Source of the DNA: Eledone cirrhosa
Lineage: Eukaryota
NCBI GenBank assembly: GCA_964016885.1
Contig: OZ024751.1
Location: forward strand, 14,570,001-14,634,000
Direction of reading: 5' to 3'
Length of the DNA: 64,000 bases
The notes under the pieces were generated by a model that saw only the letters and a program-made list of their open reading frames with translations, did no database searches and was not told the DNA's origin. Shown here piece after piece: positions 26,414 to 41,444 of this stretch; positions within the stretch are counted from its first letter, which is position 1; the number at the start of each line of letters is the position of its first letter. The position numbers and the translations under genes are program-made.

Positions 26414-26746
26414 GTAGGCACATGGCTTAGTGGTTAGAGCATTGGCCTTGCAATCGAAAGGTTGTGTGTTCAATTCTCAGACCGGGTGATGTGATGTTTC
26501 CTTGAGCAAGACACTTTATTTCACATTGCTCCAGTTTACTCCGCTGCACAAATGAGATGATAGGGACTGGGGTCCCTATCATTCCACTGCAAAGTGGTCG
26601 TGGAGGGGCCATGGCAAAAAAGCACCCAGCACTCCCTGTAAATGAGGTTGGTGTTAGGAAGGGCATCCAGCTGTAGAAATCAAGCCAGAATCAGTTCCCG
26701 TCCCACCCCTGCAAGCAGGGAAAGTGGACGTAAAATGATGATGATG
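26414..26746 (+). mobile_element. SINE A nested in the B box of an older SINE (~26360-26900)
   Basis: gagttcaat|SINE A|aattcc...tgtgcccttgagcaagacac. Confidence 0.8.
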
Positions 26747-27112
26747 AATTCCTATCAGAATATTGTGCCCTTGAGCAAGACACTTTATTTCACATTGCTT
26801 TAGTATTTAATCAAATGGAAAAAAAAATGAGTTGTGTGTAATTAAATCCTTGTTACACAGTGTTATGTCCCACTGAATCTCCGTGAGAACTGTCAAATGC
26901 CCCCCCCCCCTCCCACTGAATCTACCTCACCACCACCACCACCACACATTCTATCAAATACTAACTGAAGCTACTACCAACACAATTGCCAGCAATACCC
27001 CCCCCCCACGACCAATACCATCAACACCACCACATGCACATCAATAGTGATAATAATCCTAATAATAATTATATTGGAAATAGATAACTTTTACGTCATA
27101 CATAGGATATCA

Positions 27113-27177
<65 letters not shown>

Positions 27178-27724
27178 GTGTGTGTATATGGAGAGAAGGA
27201 GAGAAAGTATGTTATGAGTGTGTGTGTGTGTGTGTGTGTGTGGAAGTGTGTATGTGTCAGTGAATGAGAGAATGTGTTGGTATGTGTTGTCCACATGTAT
27301 GTGTTTGTGTGAGAGTGCAATATTTCTGTGTGTGTGTGTGTGGAGTGCAGTATTTATGCATGTGTGTACGTGGGTTGTGCGGTACTTGTGTGTGTGTGTG
27401 TGTGTGTTTGAGTGCATATCAACGCATGTCTATGTGTGTATGTGTGTGTATGTGTGTATATGTGTGTATGTGTGTTTGAGTGCATATCAACGCATGTCTC
27501 TATGTGTGTATGTGTGTATATGTGTGTATATGTGTGTATGTGTGTTTGAGTGCATATCAACGCATGTCTCTATGTGTGTATGTGTGTATATGTGCCATCA
27601 GACCCCCCCCCCCCCCAATAACCCTGTGACAATTTTACACAATATTTCACACAGAACAGAATAAAACGGACATTAACTCCACCACTGCCCCACCCCCCTC
27701 TCTCTCTCTATCAATGCCTTCCAT

Positions 27725-28660
27725 GTTGTGATAGTGTTGTTGTTGCTGTTGTTGTAGTGCTGTTGTAGTTGTTGTAGTGCTGTGGTAGTCATAGTGCTGT
27801 TGTTGTTGTAATGTTGTGCTGTTGTGATTGTGCTGTTGTTGTTGTAGTGCTGTAGTGATTGTGATAGTGTTACTGCTGTTATAGTAGTTGTAGTGTTACT
27901 GCTGCTGTGGTAGTTGTAGTGCTGTGGTTGTTGTAGTGCTGTGGTTGTTGTAGTGCTGTGGTTGTTGTAGTGCTGTGGTTGTTGTAGTGCTGTGGTTGTT
28001 GTAGTGCTGTGGTTGTTGTAGTGCTGTGGTTGTTGTAGTGCTGTGGTAGTTGTAGTGCTGTGGTAGTTGTAGTGCTGTGGTAGTTGTAGTGCTGTGGTTG
28101 TTGTAGTGCTGTGGTAGTTGTAGCGCTTGGGTTGTTGTAGTGCTGTGGTAGTTGTAGTGCTGTGGTAGTTGTAGTGCTGTTGTTGTTGTAGTGCTGTTGT
28201 TGTAGTGCCGTGGTAGTTGTATTGCTGTGGTTGTTGTAGTGCTGTGGTTGTTGTAGTGCTGTTGTTGTAGTGCTGTTGTTGTTGTAGTGCTGTGGTAGTT
28301 GTAGTGCTGTGGTAGTTGTAGTGCTGTTGTTGTAGTGCTGTTGTTGTAGTGCTGTGGTAGTTGTAGTGCTGTGGTTGTTGTAGTGCTGTGGTAGTTGTAG
28401 TGCTGTGGTTGTTGTAGTGCTGTGGTTGTTGTAGTGCTGTGGTAGTTGTAGTGCTGTGGTAGTTGTAGTGCTGTGGTAGTTGTAGTGCTGTTGTAGTGCT
28501 GTTGTTGTAGTAGTGCTGTTGTTGTAGTAGTGCTGTTGTTGTTGTAGTGCTACTGTTGTAGTGTTGCTGTTGTAGTGTTACTGATGTTGTAGTGTTACTG
28601 ATGTTGTAGTGCTGTGGTAGTTATAGTTGTTATAGTGCTGTGGTAGTTGTAGTTGTTGTA
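27725..28660. repeat. 17-bp minisatellite (gtagtgctgtggttgtt)n
   Basis: Direct reading. Confidence 0.9.
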
Positions 28661-28934
28661 GTGCAACTAAATGCTGCAGCCCAGTCTGTCTGTGTGTCAG
28701 TGGGATCTGACAGGAAATGCAACTCTGACAATATAATATTTGCTGTAGCAAGCAAAGGTGCAGCAGCTTACTGCTGTTGCTGCTCCATTGTGTACTGGGT
28801 ATAGTGTGTGTGGTGCAGGGGGGAAGGGTATATGTGTGTGTGTGTGTGATGGATGGACGGTGTGTGTGTATGTATGTGTAATGGAGAGTGTGTTTATATG
28901 TGTGTGATGGAGAATAAACTGAACATGAAGGACA

Positions 28935-29232
28935 GAGAGAGATAGGAGAGAAAGAGAGAGTGAGAGAGAGAGTGAGAGAGTGAGTGAGAGTGAGTGAGAG
29001 TGAGTGAGAGACTGAGAGAGTGAGTGAGAGAGTGAGTGTGTGAGTGAGAGAGTGAGTGCGTAAGTGAGAGAGTGAGTGCGTGAGTGAGTGCGTGAGTGAG
29101 AGAGTGCGTGAGTGAGTGCGTGCGTGCGTGAGTGAGAGTGAGTAAGTGAGTGAGAGAGAGTGAGTAAGTGAGTGAGAGAGAGAGTGATAAAGGAGCATGC
29201 TCTGAAGCATGGAGTATGCGTGTGTGATGGAG

Positions 29233-29267
<35 letters not shown>

Positions 29268-29301
29268 ATGTAATGGAGTATATATATATGTATGTGATGG
29301 A

Positions 29302-29383
<82 letters not shown>

Positions 29384-29429
29384 TGGAGTATATATATGTA
29401 TATATATATATATGTATGTGTGTGATGGA

Positions 29430-29515
<86 letters not shown>

Positions 29516-29561
29516 TGGAGTATATATATGTATATATATATATATGTATGTGTGTGATGGA

Positions 29562-29616
<55 letters not shown>

Positions 29617-29700
29617 ATGGAGTATATATATATATATGTGTGTGTATGTGTGTGTGTGTATGTAATGGAGTATATATATATGTATGTGTGTGATGGAGTG

Positions 29701-29733
<33 letters not shown>

Positions 29734-29822
29734 ATGTGTGATGGAGTATATATATATGTATATATATATATATGTGTGTGTATGTGATGGAGTATATATA
29801 TATGTATGTGTGTGATGGAGTG

Positions 29823-29869
<47 letters not shown>

Positions 29870-30217
29870 ATGTGTGTGAATTTGATGACCTGGACATGAA
29901 AGAGAGAAAGAAAGGGAGCAGATAAAGGAGCATGGTGTGTATGTATATGTGTGTGTATGTGAATGTATGTATATGTATGTGTGTGTGTATGTATATGTGT
30001 ATGTATGTATGTATGTGTGTATGTATATATATGTGTATGTATGTATGTATATGTGTGTATGTATGTATGTATGTATATGTGTGTATGTATATATATATGT
30101 GTATGTATGTATGTATATGTGTGTATGTATGTATGTGTATGTATGTATGTGTATGTATGTATGTGTATGTATGTATGTGTATGTGTATGTGTGTATATAT
30201 ATATATGTGTATGTATG

Positions 30218-30248
<31 letters not shown>

Positions 30249-30959
30249 ATGTGTGTATGTATGTATGTATGTCTGTGTGTATGTATATATATATATATGT
30301 GTATGTATGTATATATATATATATATATATATGTGTATGTATGTATGTATATATATGTGTGTATGTGTGTATGTATATATATATGTGTGTATGTATGTAT
30401 ATATATATGTGTATGTATGTGTGTGTGTATGTGTGTATGTATATATATATATATATATGTGTGTGTATGTGTGTATGTATATATATATATGTGTATGTAT
30501 GTATGTATATATATATGTGTATGTATGTGTGTGTGTATGTGTGTATGTATGTATGTATGTGTGTGTATGTGTGTATGATGGAGAACAGATGAACTGAAGA
30601 TGCAGGAAAGAGAGCTGGATGATGAAACAGATAGGATGTGTGTGTGTGTGTGTGTAATCTCTCTCTGTGTGTGAGTGTGTATGTGTATGTGAAATGTCTC
30701 TGTGTGAGTGTGTAATCTCTCTCTATATATATATGTTTGTGTGTGTGTGTGAGTATGTAATCGCTCTATGTGTGTGTAATATCTCTATGTGTGTGTGTGT
30801 AATTTCTCTGTGTGTGAGGGTATGTAATCTCTCTCTGTGTGTGTGTGTGAGTGTGTATGTGTGTGTGTAATCTCTATATATATGTGTGCGTGTGTGTATG
30901 TAATCTCTGTGTGTATGTGTGTGTAATCTCTATGTGTATGTGTGTGTGTAATCTCTCTC

Positions 30960-30990
<31 letters not shown>

Positions 30991-31033
30991 CATCTCTCTC
31001 TCTCTGTATGTGTGTGTGTGTCATCTCTCTCTC

Positions 31034-31065
<32 letters not shown>
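28935..31065. repeat. Compound (GA)/(GTGA)/(TA)/(TG)/(TATG) microsatellite block
   Basis: Direct reading. Confidence 0.9.
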
Positions 31066-31066
<1 letters not shown>

Positions 31067-31859
31067 ACACAGCAATTATTTGTTTGGTCATAACAGTAAA
31101 GTTATTGATCACAGCAAGTAGTCCTGATGGAGGCTGGTTACATGACACACACACACATACATACATACATGTAGCCACACACACATATACACACATACAT
31201 GTAGCCATATACACACACACACACACACACATATATACACAGACTGCTGGTGATGACATTGGGACTGAAACAGCAAGCAGCACTGATGGATGAGAGGTGA
31301 GGTGGTGGTGGTGGTGGTGGTAGTGGAAGTGGTGATTGTAGTGGTGGTGGTGTGGGTGTTAGTGGAAGTGGTGGAAGTGGTGTGGGTGTTAGTGGAAGTG
31401 GTGATTGTGGTGGTGGTAGTGTGGGTGTTAGTGGAAGTGGTGATTATGGTGGTGGCGGTGGAGGTAGAGTAGAGGAGATAGCGGTGATGGAGGTGGTGGT
31501 GGTGTTAGTGTTGGTCGCTGTGGTGTTGATTGAAGAGGTGGTGGCATTGATGGAGGTGATGGTCTTAGTGGAGGTGAATGAGAGATGTGGTGGTAGTGTT
31601 GGTGATGGTGTGTTTGTGTTACTGGTTGTGCTGGTAGTGTTGGTAGAGGTGGTGGCAGAGAGAGAGAGAGAGAGAGTGAGTGAGTGAGAGAGAGTGAGTG
31701 AGAGAGAGAGAGAGAATGAGTGAGAGAGAGAGAGTGAGTGAGTGAGAGAGAGAAAGGGAGAGACCCAGTGTTCCAGTTGATGCAATTCACAGAGACATAT
31801 TGTAAATCTGAAGTGCCATGTTTGAAGTGGATTTCTACCACATTGTCTCTCAAATACTG

Positions 31860-33750
31860 CCACCACCACTACCACCACCACCACCACCATTACAACTACC
31901 ACTATCAAATCACCACCACAACACTATCACTACCATAACACAACCACCATCATCACTACTACTGCCTTAACCACCACAATAACCATTACAACACTATCAT
32001 TCTATCACAACCACCCCACCACCACCATCATCATCACTACTACTACCTTAACCACTACCATAACCATTACATCACTATCATTCTATCACAACCACCATAC
32101 CACTACCACCACCACCACCACCACCATCATCACTACTACTACCTTAACCACCACAATAACCATTACAACACTATCATTCTATCACAACCACCATACCACC
32201 ACCACCACCACCACCACCATCATCACTACTACTACCTTAACCACCACAATAACCATTACAACACTATCATTCTATCACAACCACCCCACCACCACCACCA
32301 TCATCACTACTACTACCTTAACCACCACAATAACCATTACAACACTATCATTCTATCACAACCACCCCACCACCACCACCATCATCACTACTACTACCTT
32401 AACCACTACAATAACCATTACAACACTATCATTCTATCACAACCACCATACCACCACCACCACCATCATCACTACTTCTACCTTAACCACCACAATAACC
32501 ATTACAACACTATCATACCACCACCACCATCATTACTACTACCTTAACCACCACAATAACCATTACAACACTATCATACTACCACCACCACCATCACTAC
32601 TACTACCTTAACCACCACAATAACCATTACAACACTATCATACCACCATGCCACCACCACCACCATCATCACTACTACTACCTTAACCACCACAATAACC
32701 ATTACAACACTATCATACCACCACCACCACCATCACTACTACTACCTTAACCACCACAATAACCATTACAACACTATCATACCACCACCACCACCATCAC
32801 TACTACTACCTTAACCACCACAATAACCATTACAACACTATCATTCTATCACAACCACCATACCACCACCATCACTACTACTACCTTAACCACCACAATA
32901 ACCATTACAACACTATCATACCACCACCACCACCATCACTACTACTACCTTAACCACCACAATAACCATTACAACACTATCATTATATCACAACCACCAT
33001 ACCACCACCATCACTACTACTACCTTAACCACCATACCACCACCACCACCATCACTACTACTACCTTAACCACAATAACCATTACAGCACTATCATACCA
33101 CCACCACCACAATAACCATTACAGCACTATCATACCACCACCACCACCATCACTACTACCTTAACCACCACAATAACCATTACATCACTATCATACCACC
33201 ACCACCACCATCACTACTACCTTAACCACCACAATAACCATTACATCACTATCATACCACCACCACCACCATCACTACTACCTTAACCACCACAATAACC
33301 ATTACATCACTATCATACCACCACCACCACTATCACTACTACCTTAACCACCACAATAACCATTACATCACTATCATACCACCACCACCACCATCACTAC
33401 TACCTTAACCACCACAATAACCATTACATCACTATCATACCACCACCACCACCACAACTATCATCACATCATCTATCTTTATTACTGTTAATACATTTCT
33501 ACAACCACTGGAACCCCCAACATCACCACCACCATCCCTATCATTATTACAACCATTATCACCACCACCACCACCATCATCATTACCACCATCACCTCCA
33601 CCGCCATTATCACCATTATCACCACCACCACCATCAACATCTTTACCACCTTCACCACCACCACTATCACCACCACCATTATCACCTTCACCACCACCAC
33701 CACTATCACTATGACCACCACCACCACCACCACCACTATCACTATGACCA
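31860..33750. repeat. CAC-rich 50-70 bp minisatellite (ccttaaccaccacaataaccattacaacactatcat...)
   Basis: Tandem units with variable (CAC)n. Confidence 0.9.
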
Positions 33751-34829
33751 CTATAGAGAGTTGCCATATTTCATTAGTTGATGTGACTTGTTAGAATATG
33801 TGAGAAAGGAAAATAGAGAGAGGGAGGGAGAGGAGAAAGAGAGGATGAGAGAGAGAGAGAGGATGAGAGAGAGGATGAGAGAGAGGGAGAGAGAAGGAAT
33901 GAAATAGAATATGAGAGGAAGGGAATAATGTATAAGAATGTGAGAATGGGAAGAGGGTGTGTATGTGTATGTGCTAGTGTTAATGTGTATGTGTGTTAAC
34001 ATGTATGTGTGTATGTGTATGTGTGTTAATGTGTATGTGTGTTTGAGTGTGTGTTAACGTGTGTGTGTTAACATGTATGTGTGTTAACGTGTGTGTGTGT
34101 GTGTATGTGTTAACGTGTATGTGTGTTAATGTGTATGTGTGTTAACGTGTATGTGTGTTAACGTGTATGTGTGTTAACATGTATGTGTTGACGTGAGTGT
34201 GTGTTAACATGTATGTGTGTTAACGTGTGTGTGTTAACGTGTATATGTGTATGTGTGTATGTGTATGTGTGTTAATGTGCGTGTGTGTTAATGTGTGTGT
34301 TAACGTGTGTGTGTTAACATGTATGTGTGTATGTGTATGTGTTAACGTGTGTGTGTTAATGTGCGTGTGTTAATGTGTATGTGTGTTAATGTGTGTGTTA
34401 ATGTGTATGTATGTATATGTGTGTAGTTATATGTGTGTGTTTGTATATGTGTGTTTGTATAGGTGTATGTATGTATATGTGTTTGTATATGTGTGTTTGT
34501 ATCTGTGTATGTATGTATGTGTGTATATGTCTGTATATGTGTATGTATATGTGTGTTTGTATGTGTATGTATGTATGTGTGTGTATATGTGTATGTATGT
34601 GTGTGTATGTGTGTGTATGTATGTGTTTGTGTATATGTGTATGTATGTATGTATGTGTATGAATGTATGTGTATGTATGTGTTAATGTTGTATGTGTATC
34701 TACATGTACGTGTATGTACATGTATGTGTATATATGTGTATGTGTATGTATTTGTGTTATATAAACCACAAAACAGATCAGTGAATGTTACAACAAACCA
34801 TACACACATACGTACACAGATACATATGT

Positions 34830-34860
<31 letters not shown>

Positions 34861-35887
34861 CATACACACATACATACAAACATATACACATCAACTAAGG
34901 CATGAAGGTAAGAATCAATGTCTCCTGACTCACACACACACACACACACACACAGACAGACGCACCGACACACACACACACATACACTGACACACAGACA
35001 CACACGTCACCATCCATATAGATTGTGTAATCTTTGATTAGGGAAAATGTCTGAACGGCTGGTTGTTATGTGGAGATGATGATGATGATGATAGTGGTGA
35101 TGGTGGTGGTGGTGGTGATGATGGTGGTGGTGGTGATGATGATGATGGTGGTTGCGATGGTAGTTGTTGTGGGGGATGATAATGGTAGTTGTGATGGTGG
35201 TGGTTGTAGTGGGGATGATGATGATGATTAGTTGTGGTGGTAGTGAGAGTGATAGTGATGGTGATGATGATGGTGATAGTGATGGTGATGATGATGATGA
35301 TGCCGCCAAGGTAGAGAAATGATGGTGAAGTTAGGTGCTCCTGGATAACAAAATGTCATTTGTAATCTCCTTCCCTAGTCTGGTTTTAGGTTAGAGAGAG
35401 TACAAGAGTGATCCCCTTACTCTAGGGACGGCACATCTATCCAACCCATGCAAGCGTAGAACAATGGACATAAATCGATGAAGAATAATTGTTTCTACTT
35501 TTGGCACAAGGCCAGCAATTACCCAGTACATTACTGGTACTTTATTTTATCGATCCTGTAAGGATGAAAGGCAAAGTTGACCTCGGCGGGATTTGAACTC
35601 AGAATGGAAAGGGCCGTAACTCTATGCGCCAAAGCATGACGTCCGACAATGATTATATATATATATATTGTTATACTTTGGGAGGGTCAAGCTGCCAATA
35701 AAAACACACACACACCTGTTGGTTTTCCCTTCAATTTATTATAAGTTTCCGGTTGGTTGGTTCGATAACATGACCTCCTCAGTGACTAGGTTTTTATTTT
35801 GTGTCTCTTGTTTGTTCTGTCCTACACCATCTTGTTTTTCTGTGTTGAAGTGTTTAGTTCGCACATGTGTTACATTCGGGTCTGTGT

Positions 35888-35943
<56 letters not shown>

Positions 35944-35948
<5 letters not shown>

Positions 35949-36133
35949 AACGAGTAGGACCCCGATGGCTGAGCTCAAGCCGTTTTGACGGCTAAGTCCA
36001 GAATTAGCCGTCGAAACGGCTTGAGCTCAGCCGTCGGGGTCCTACTCGTTCCTATTACCCACTCTACTACCCTAAGTATTGAGTACTCTGGTGCGTTATG
36101 GTCCACCTGGTTCCTTACCACATTTCCTTCGTT
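35944..36133. mobile_element. TA-embedded fold-back element with hammerhead 3' half (GAAA-CGGCU/AGCCG-UC)
   Basis: Palindrome 35944-36055; GAAA 36013-36016; GUC 36033-36035. Confidence 0.7.
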
Positions 36134-37001
36134 TATATATATATTATATAAAATCCTAACAACTGATGGAGTCATAGGAGCACCATTGTGAAATCCTACT
36201 TTAGAATTCAGAAGGCATGTCAAGAAATATATAATCCTTCTATCTTCCTCACACATTTCTATGGAAGACACTTATCTGGAACAGTGGTGGAACAGATATC
36301 TATCTATCTATCTATCTATCTATCTCTATCTCTATCTCTATATCTATCTCTCTATATATATAGATGTAGATGTATATATAGATGTAGATGTATGGATAAA
36401 CATCACTGTTGAAATCTCCTCTCTATAGAAAGTGAAGCTGTGTTCACTCAACTGTAGTAAAACCATTAATCCGGAACTGTTAGGGTTGGCATCTATTTAC
36501 AGCTGAAATATTAGTTCTAGTCAAAACAGAGTTTATAGATTTCAGGTTCTGTTGCTGCTGTTTTTGCCAGAATCAATCTCAGGTAGGTTTTTTTTTTATT
36601 TATTTATTTTCTTTCTTTCCTTCCTTCCTTTCTACTACTTTCTTTCCTATCTACAAGTCTAATAGACCAGTTACCACAGCTCCACAGCCATTTTATCATC
36701 ATCATCATCATCATCAACACTACCACTACCACTACCACCTCTACCACCACCAGTGCTATCCTCATCATCATCACAACTGCCACCACCACCACCACCATCA
36801 TCATCACCATCACTGCCACCACCATTACCACTATCATCATCATCACCACCACCACCACTAAACCCCCCCCCATCATCACTGCCACCACTACCAACACCAC
36901 TATCATCATCCCCACCACTAATAGACCAGTTACCACAGTTCCACAGCCATTTTATCATCATCAACACTACCACTACCACCTCTACCCTCATCACAACTGC
37001 C

Positions 37002-37032
<31 letters not shown>

Positions 37033-37673
37033 CTGCCACCACTATCATCCCCCCCACCACCACTATCATCATCACAACTGCCACCACCATCACTGCCACC
37101 ACCATTACCACTATCATCACCCCCCCCCAATCATCACTCCCACCACTACCAACACCACTCACACTCCCCCCCCCCCCTCATTATTATTATTAAAGCCAGC
37201 TCTGACTTATTGAAATATCTCCACAATACAGAACAAACAATCTGATAAAGAGAGCCAAGTTATTAACCAAGATCATTTTCTTTTTATTTTATATCTTTAT
37301 ATTATTGTTGTTCCCTCTCTCTCTCTCTAAATATATATATATATCTCCTTCTCTCTCTCTCTCAGTATATATATATATATCCTTCTCTCTCTCTAAGTAT
37401 ATATATATATATCTCCTTCTCTCAGTATATATATATATATATCTCCTTCTCTCAGTATATATATATATATATCTCCTTCTCTCAGTATATATATATATAT
37501 ATCCTTCTCTCTCTCTCTCTCAGTATATATATATATATATCTCCTTCTCTCAGTATATATATATATATATCCTTCTCTCTCTCTCTCTCAGTATATATAT
37601 ATATATATATCTCCTTCTCTCTCTCTCAGTATATATATATATATCTCCTTCTCTCTCTCTCTCTCAGTATATA

Positions 37674-37724
<51 letters not shown>

Positions 37725-37902
37725 TTCTCTCTCTCTCTAAGTATATATATATATATATATCCTTCTCTCTCTCTCTCTCAGTATATATATATATATCCTT
37801 ATCTATCTCTCTCTCTCTCTCAGTATATATATATATATATCTCCTTATCTATATATCTATCTCTCTCTATAAGTATATATATATATCCTTATCTCTCTCT
37901 AA

Positions 37903-37938
<36 letters not shown>

Positions 37939-38218
37939 GCTTATCTCTCTCTCTCTTTCTCTCTGTTGAAGATATAAAAACAAACAACAAAGTGGCCAGT
38001 TTGGTCATGTTTCTGACTCTGAAGTATGGGAGGGGGTGGGAGGGGATGGACGGTGGAGAGCAGACTTATCAAACATACACACAGCTGTGTATGTGTGTGA
38101 TGTTTATAAATGTGTAAGTGTGGTGTATATAAGTATATATATGTTTACGTGTGTGGTATATGTGTATATATGTTTATATAAACATATATATATATATATA
38201 CATACAATACAGTTATAA

Positions 38219-38258
<40 letters not shown>

Positions 38259-38339
38259 TGTGGTGTATGTATATATATATATGTATAAGTGTGTGGTGTA
38301 TGTATTGTATATATATATGTATATGTGTGCGTGTTTGTA

Positions 38340-38535
38340 TTCATATAACGATGTAGTTAGGTGGTTAAATTTCTTGAGTACAACAGACAGCTCATGACAT
38401 GACTATAGGTGTAAATGTTTATTGAGGTAGCTAATACATCCAGTAGATTACATACACATCCATCAGCCATGTCTTTCTTGGTCTTCCCCTTCCTTTACTT
38501 CCTTCCACATTCATTCCCACTGTTCCTCTCCCACC
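38340..38535 (-). mobile_element. Old RTE LINE 3' fragment
   Basis: rc translates GMNVEGSKGRGRPRKTWLMDV. Confidence 0.55.
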
Positions 38536-39160
38536 CAACCACTTTCAACCTATACAGGTTTAACAGCTAATGACTTCAAAGGAAGATTTATTTAACATAT
38601 GCATTCCTTCAGATACAGAAAATTCCTCTACCTTGACTTGTTTTATTTGGATTTAGAGACCAAAGAAGGGAACAACAACACTCATAGATGTAAACATATC
38701 TTAACTCTTCAGAGTTAGACATGTTTACACCTATGAAACCACTGGTAATGCACAACCAAGTCAAATGTTAATACATACATATATATTAAAAGGAAAATAT
38801 GAGGCGAGTTATATGTTCTCTGGATTTTCTCAAATATGGTAGTGTTAGCCAACATATCAATGCAGTTACATAATTGTATTAACATCTAATGAGGTCACGC
38901 CAGTGCAGGTCACTGCTGCTCATACTGACGTTGATAACTAAATAATATCTAATAATACTGATGTTAAATAAATAATATCTAAATCTTGTAGATTCAATAT
39001 TATGTGAGATAAAGCCTTTACAATAAAAATACAATAGTAAATATAGATTAATGCAAATGCTAAGGGGTTAAGAGCTAACAGCCCATAACTAATAAGTTAT
39101 ATGAATGAAGAGTTCTAGAGAGGGGGGAAGGGGGTTATTATAAAAGTGATGACTACTTAC

Positions 39161-39317
39161 CATTCTCTGTCTCATGCCAAACAATACCCTCTAATGTAAC
39201 ACTAGTTCCAGGTTCACAAGGTCCCAGACACTCAGGTTCTGTGATTACACCAACACTGCAAGTATCTGTACCTATATCATGTAACTCTGGTGGCATTGGT
39301 GAACATGCAGCTTCAAC
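39161..39317 (-). CDS. ZNF608: Internal coding exon of ZNF608/ZNF609/scribbler homolog: VEAACSP...[31 protein letters not shown](G)
   Basis: 157-nt exon; acceptor tttctcatttcag|GTT, donor AATG|gtaagt; [25 protein letters not shown] is the hallmark ZNF608/609/Brakeless motif. Confidence 0.95.
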
Positions 39318-39529
39318 CTGAAATGAGAAATTGAGGTATGAATAAAACAATGATTCAGATGTCAACAGCAGAGACATAAGTAAACAGTTAATATACATGT
39401 TAAGGGCTAAATCAATTAACAAACATAAGTGAACAGTTTGGTGAACATACAGCTTCAATCTACCATGTTAAATTGAAGTGAACAAAGAATAAATCATGTG
39501 GACAGCAGGAGGTAAATTGATTAAGAGAC

Positions 39530-39740
39530 ATAAATGAACAGTAAACATGTGTGAACAGTTAAGATGTGTGAACAGTAAACGTGTGTGAACAGTAAACGTG
39601 TGTGAACAGTAAACATGTGTGAACAGTAAACATGTGTGAACAGTAAACATGTGTGAACAGTTAAGATGTGTGAACAGTAAAGATGTGCGAACAGTAAACG
39701 TGTGTGAACAGTTAAGATGTGTGACTAGTTAACGTAGTGT
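39530..39740. repeat. 17-bp minisatellite (gtgtgtgaacagtaaac)n
   Basis: Direct reading. Confidence 0.85.
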
Positions 39741-40103
39741 GTCTGACTAGTTAAATCATATATATTTGTGGTGGGCTGTTAACATGTGTGGTTAACAGTT
39801 AATTTATATATGTATGTCTTTATGTATGTATGTGGACATATCTGAGTGTGTATTTGAATATATCTCTGCCTCCCAAAGACTTAAATCAATGAATCTCTAC
39901 TTTACTGAAAAGTAGGCGGTTGGCATCATTTGCCATAGACAAAGCATGCTTTTCCAAGCTGGCATCACTTTTCTCAGGCTGTTTTTCTACAACAGGGACA
40001 GGACAGGTGAAATGGTGTACCACCATAGAGCAAAGGATAACATAGTAGTAGTGAAATAGACAGAAGGAGGACACATAGCAGGTGACAGACTATAGATTAA
40101 GTT

Positions 40104-40699
40104 CCATATATACTCGAATATAAGACTAGGAATATTGTGACCAGAAAAAAGAAATTGATGGTAAAATGGTGGGTGGTCGATTTATATAGATCGTGTAAAC
40201 AATGTGTTGATTAGCTGCTTCGGTTTATAAATGGGTTTCGATTTTTGAACATTTCTCAGACATAAATTAGGCAGGGACAGCTTATATTCAGATTGGCTTA
40301 TATTTGAGTATATACGTTTCTCAAGCATAAAATAGGGTGGGGGAATTATATTCAAGTATATTCATTTCTCAGACATAAAATAGAGGAGTTGGCTTATAGT
40401 TGAATATATACGTTTCTCAGACATAGAATAGAGGAGTAGACTTATATTCGAGTATATTTATTTCCCATATATAAAACAGGAGATACTTATATTCGAGTAT
40501 ATATGTTTCTTGGACATAAAATAGGGTGGGGGGAATTATATTCAAGTATATACATTTCTCAGACATAAAATAGAAGGGCTGGCTTATATTCGAGTATATT
40601 TGTTTCTCAGACATAGAATAGAAGGATGGACTTATATTCGAGTATATTCGTTTCTCAGACATAGAATATAGGGATTGACTTATATTTGAGTATATATGG
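40104..40699. mobile_element. Tc1/mariner-superfamily (Tc2/pogo-like) non-autonomous element with tandemly amplified right end
   Basis: TIRs ccatatatactcgaatataag / cttatatttgagtatatatgg|ta; ~45-bp terminal unit repeated about 10 times. Confidence 0.6.
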
Positions 40700-40977
40700 T
40701 ATTTTGTGTTTGAAGGCAGGAGACCTACCAGTATAATATTAAGGTGTTTTATTAACAATGGAAGCAACACAAAGATAAAGTTAAATATATTAGTTCTGTC
40801 TTTGTGCATGTGTCTGTCTGTGCATGTATATATATGTGACTGCCATTCTAAAACCTATGAGACATTTATAGAGACAGAGACAGCTATACCACCATTTGTT
40901 AACACATCACAAAACTTCACTGTTACTCAAGTTCATCTTTCTCTCTACTAAACTCCATTCAGGAGAATATTTGTGTC

Positions 40978-41032
<55 letters not shown>

Positions 41033-41444
41033 CACATATACATTGAGATATGTGTGTATGGAGAGAGAGAGATGAGTTTCCATAGTGTGTTGTAGACAGA
41101 GAGGGTGAAGACCATGGCATATAACTGGAAAGGTCAAATAATGACTGATGATAATAATAATAGTGATGATGATGATGATGATGATAGTGAATATATTCTG
41201 CAAGCTGTATATCTTAGTTTTATACAGGTTTTTCAATATAGTCCTGTTTGTATAGAAATTTATACAAATAAAAAAAGACATTCTCTCTTTTAACAACAAC
41301 ATCTTAACCCTTAACGTCCTGTACCACATGAAACCACATTAGCAAAATATTCTTGAAAAGTACGAAACAGCACGTATGTATGTAACCTGTATTAACATGA
41401 TGTAACATACATGTAACATGTATTTACATGCATGTAATATGTAA

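Noticed and set aside
28578-30597. Long YI/HT/CV-rich ORFs (also 37305, 45623, 48399)
   Set aside because: Translations of (TA)n/(CA)n/(TATG)n microsatellites
35720-35800. Minus-strand CTGAGGA ggt...acc g GAAA motif in a TA-flanked element
   Set aside because: Stem III/UH and stem I do not register properly; at most a rearranged remnant, so not called
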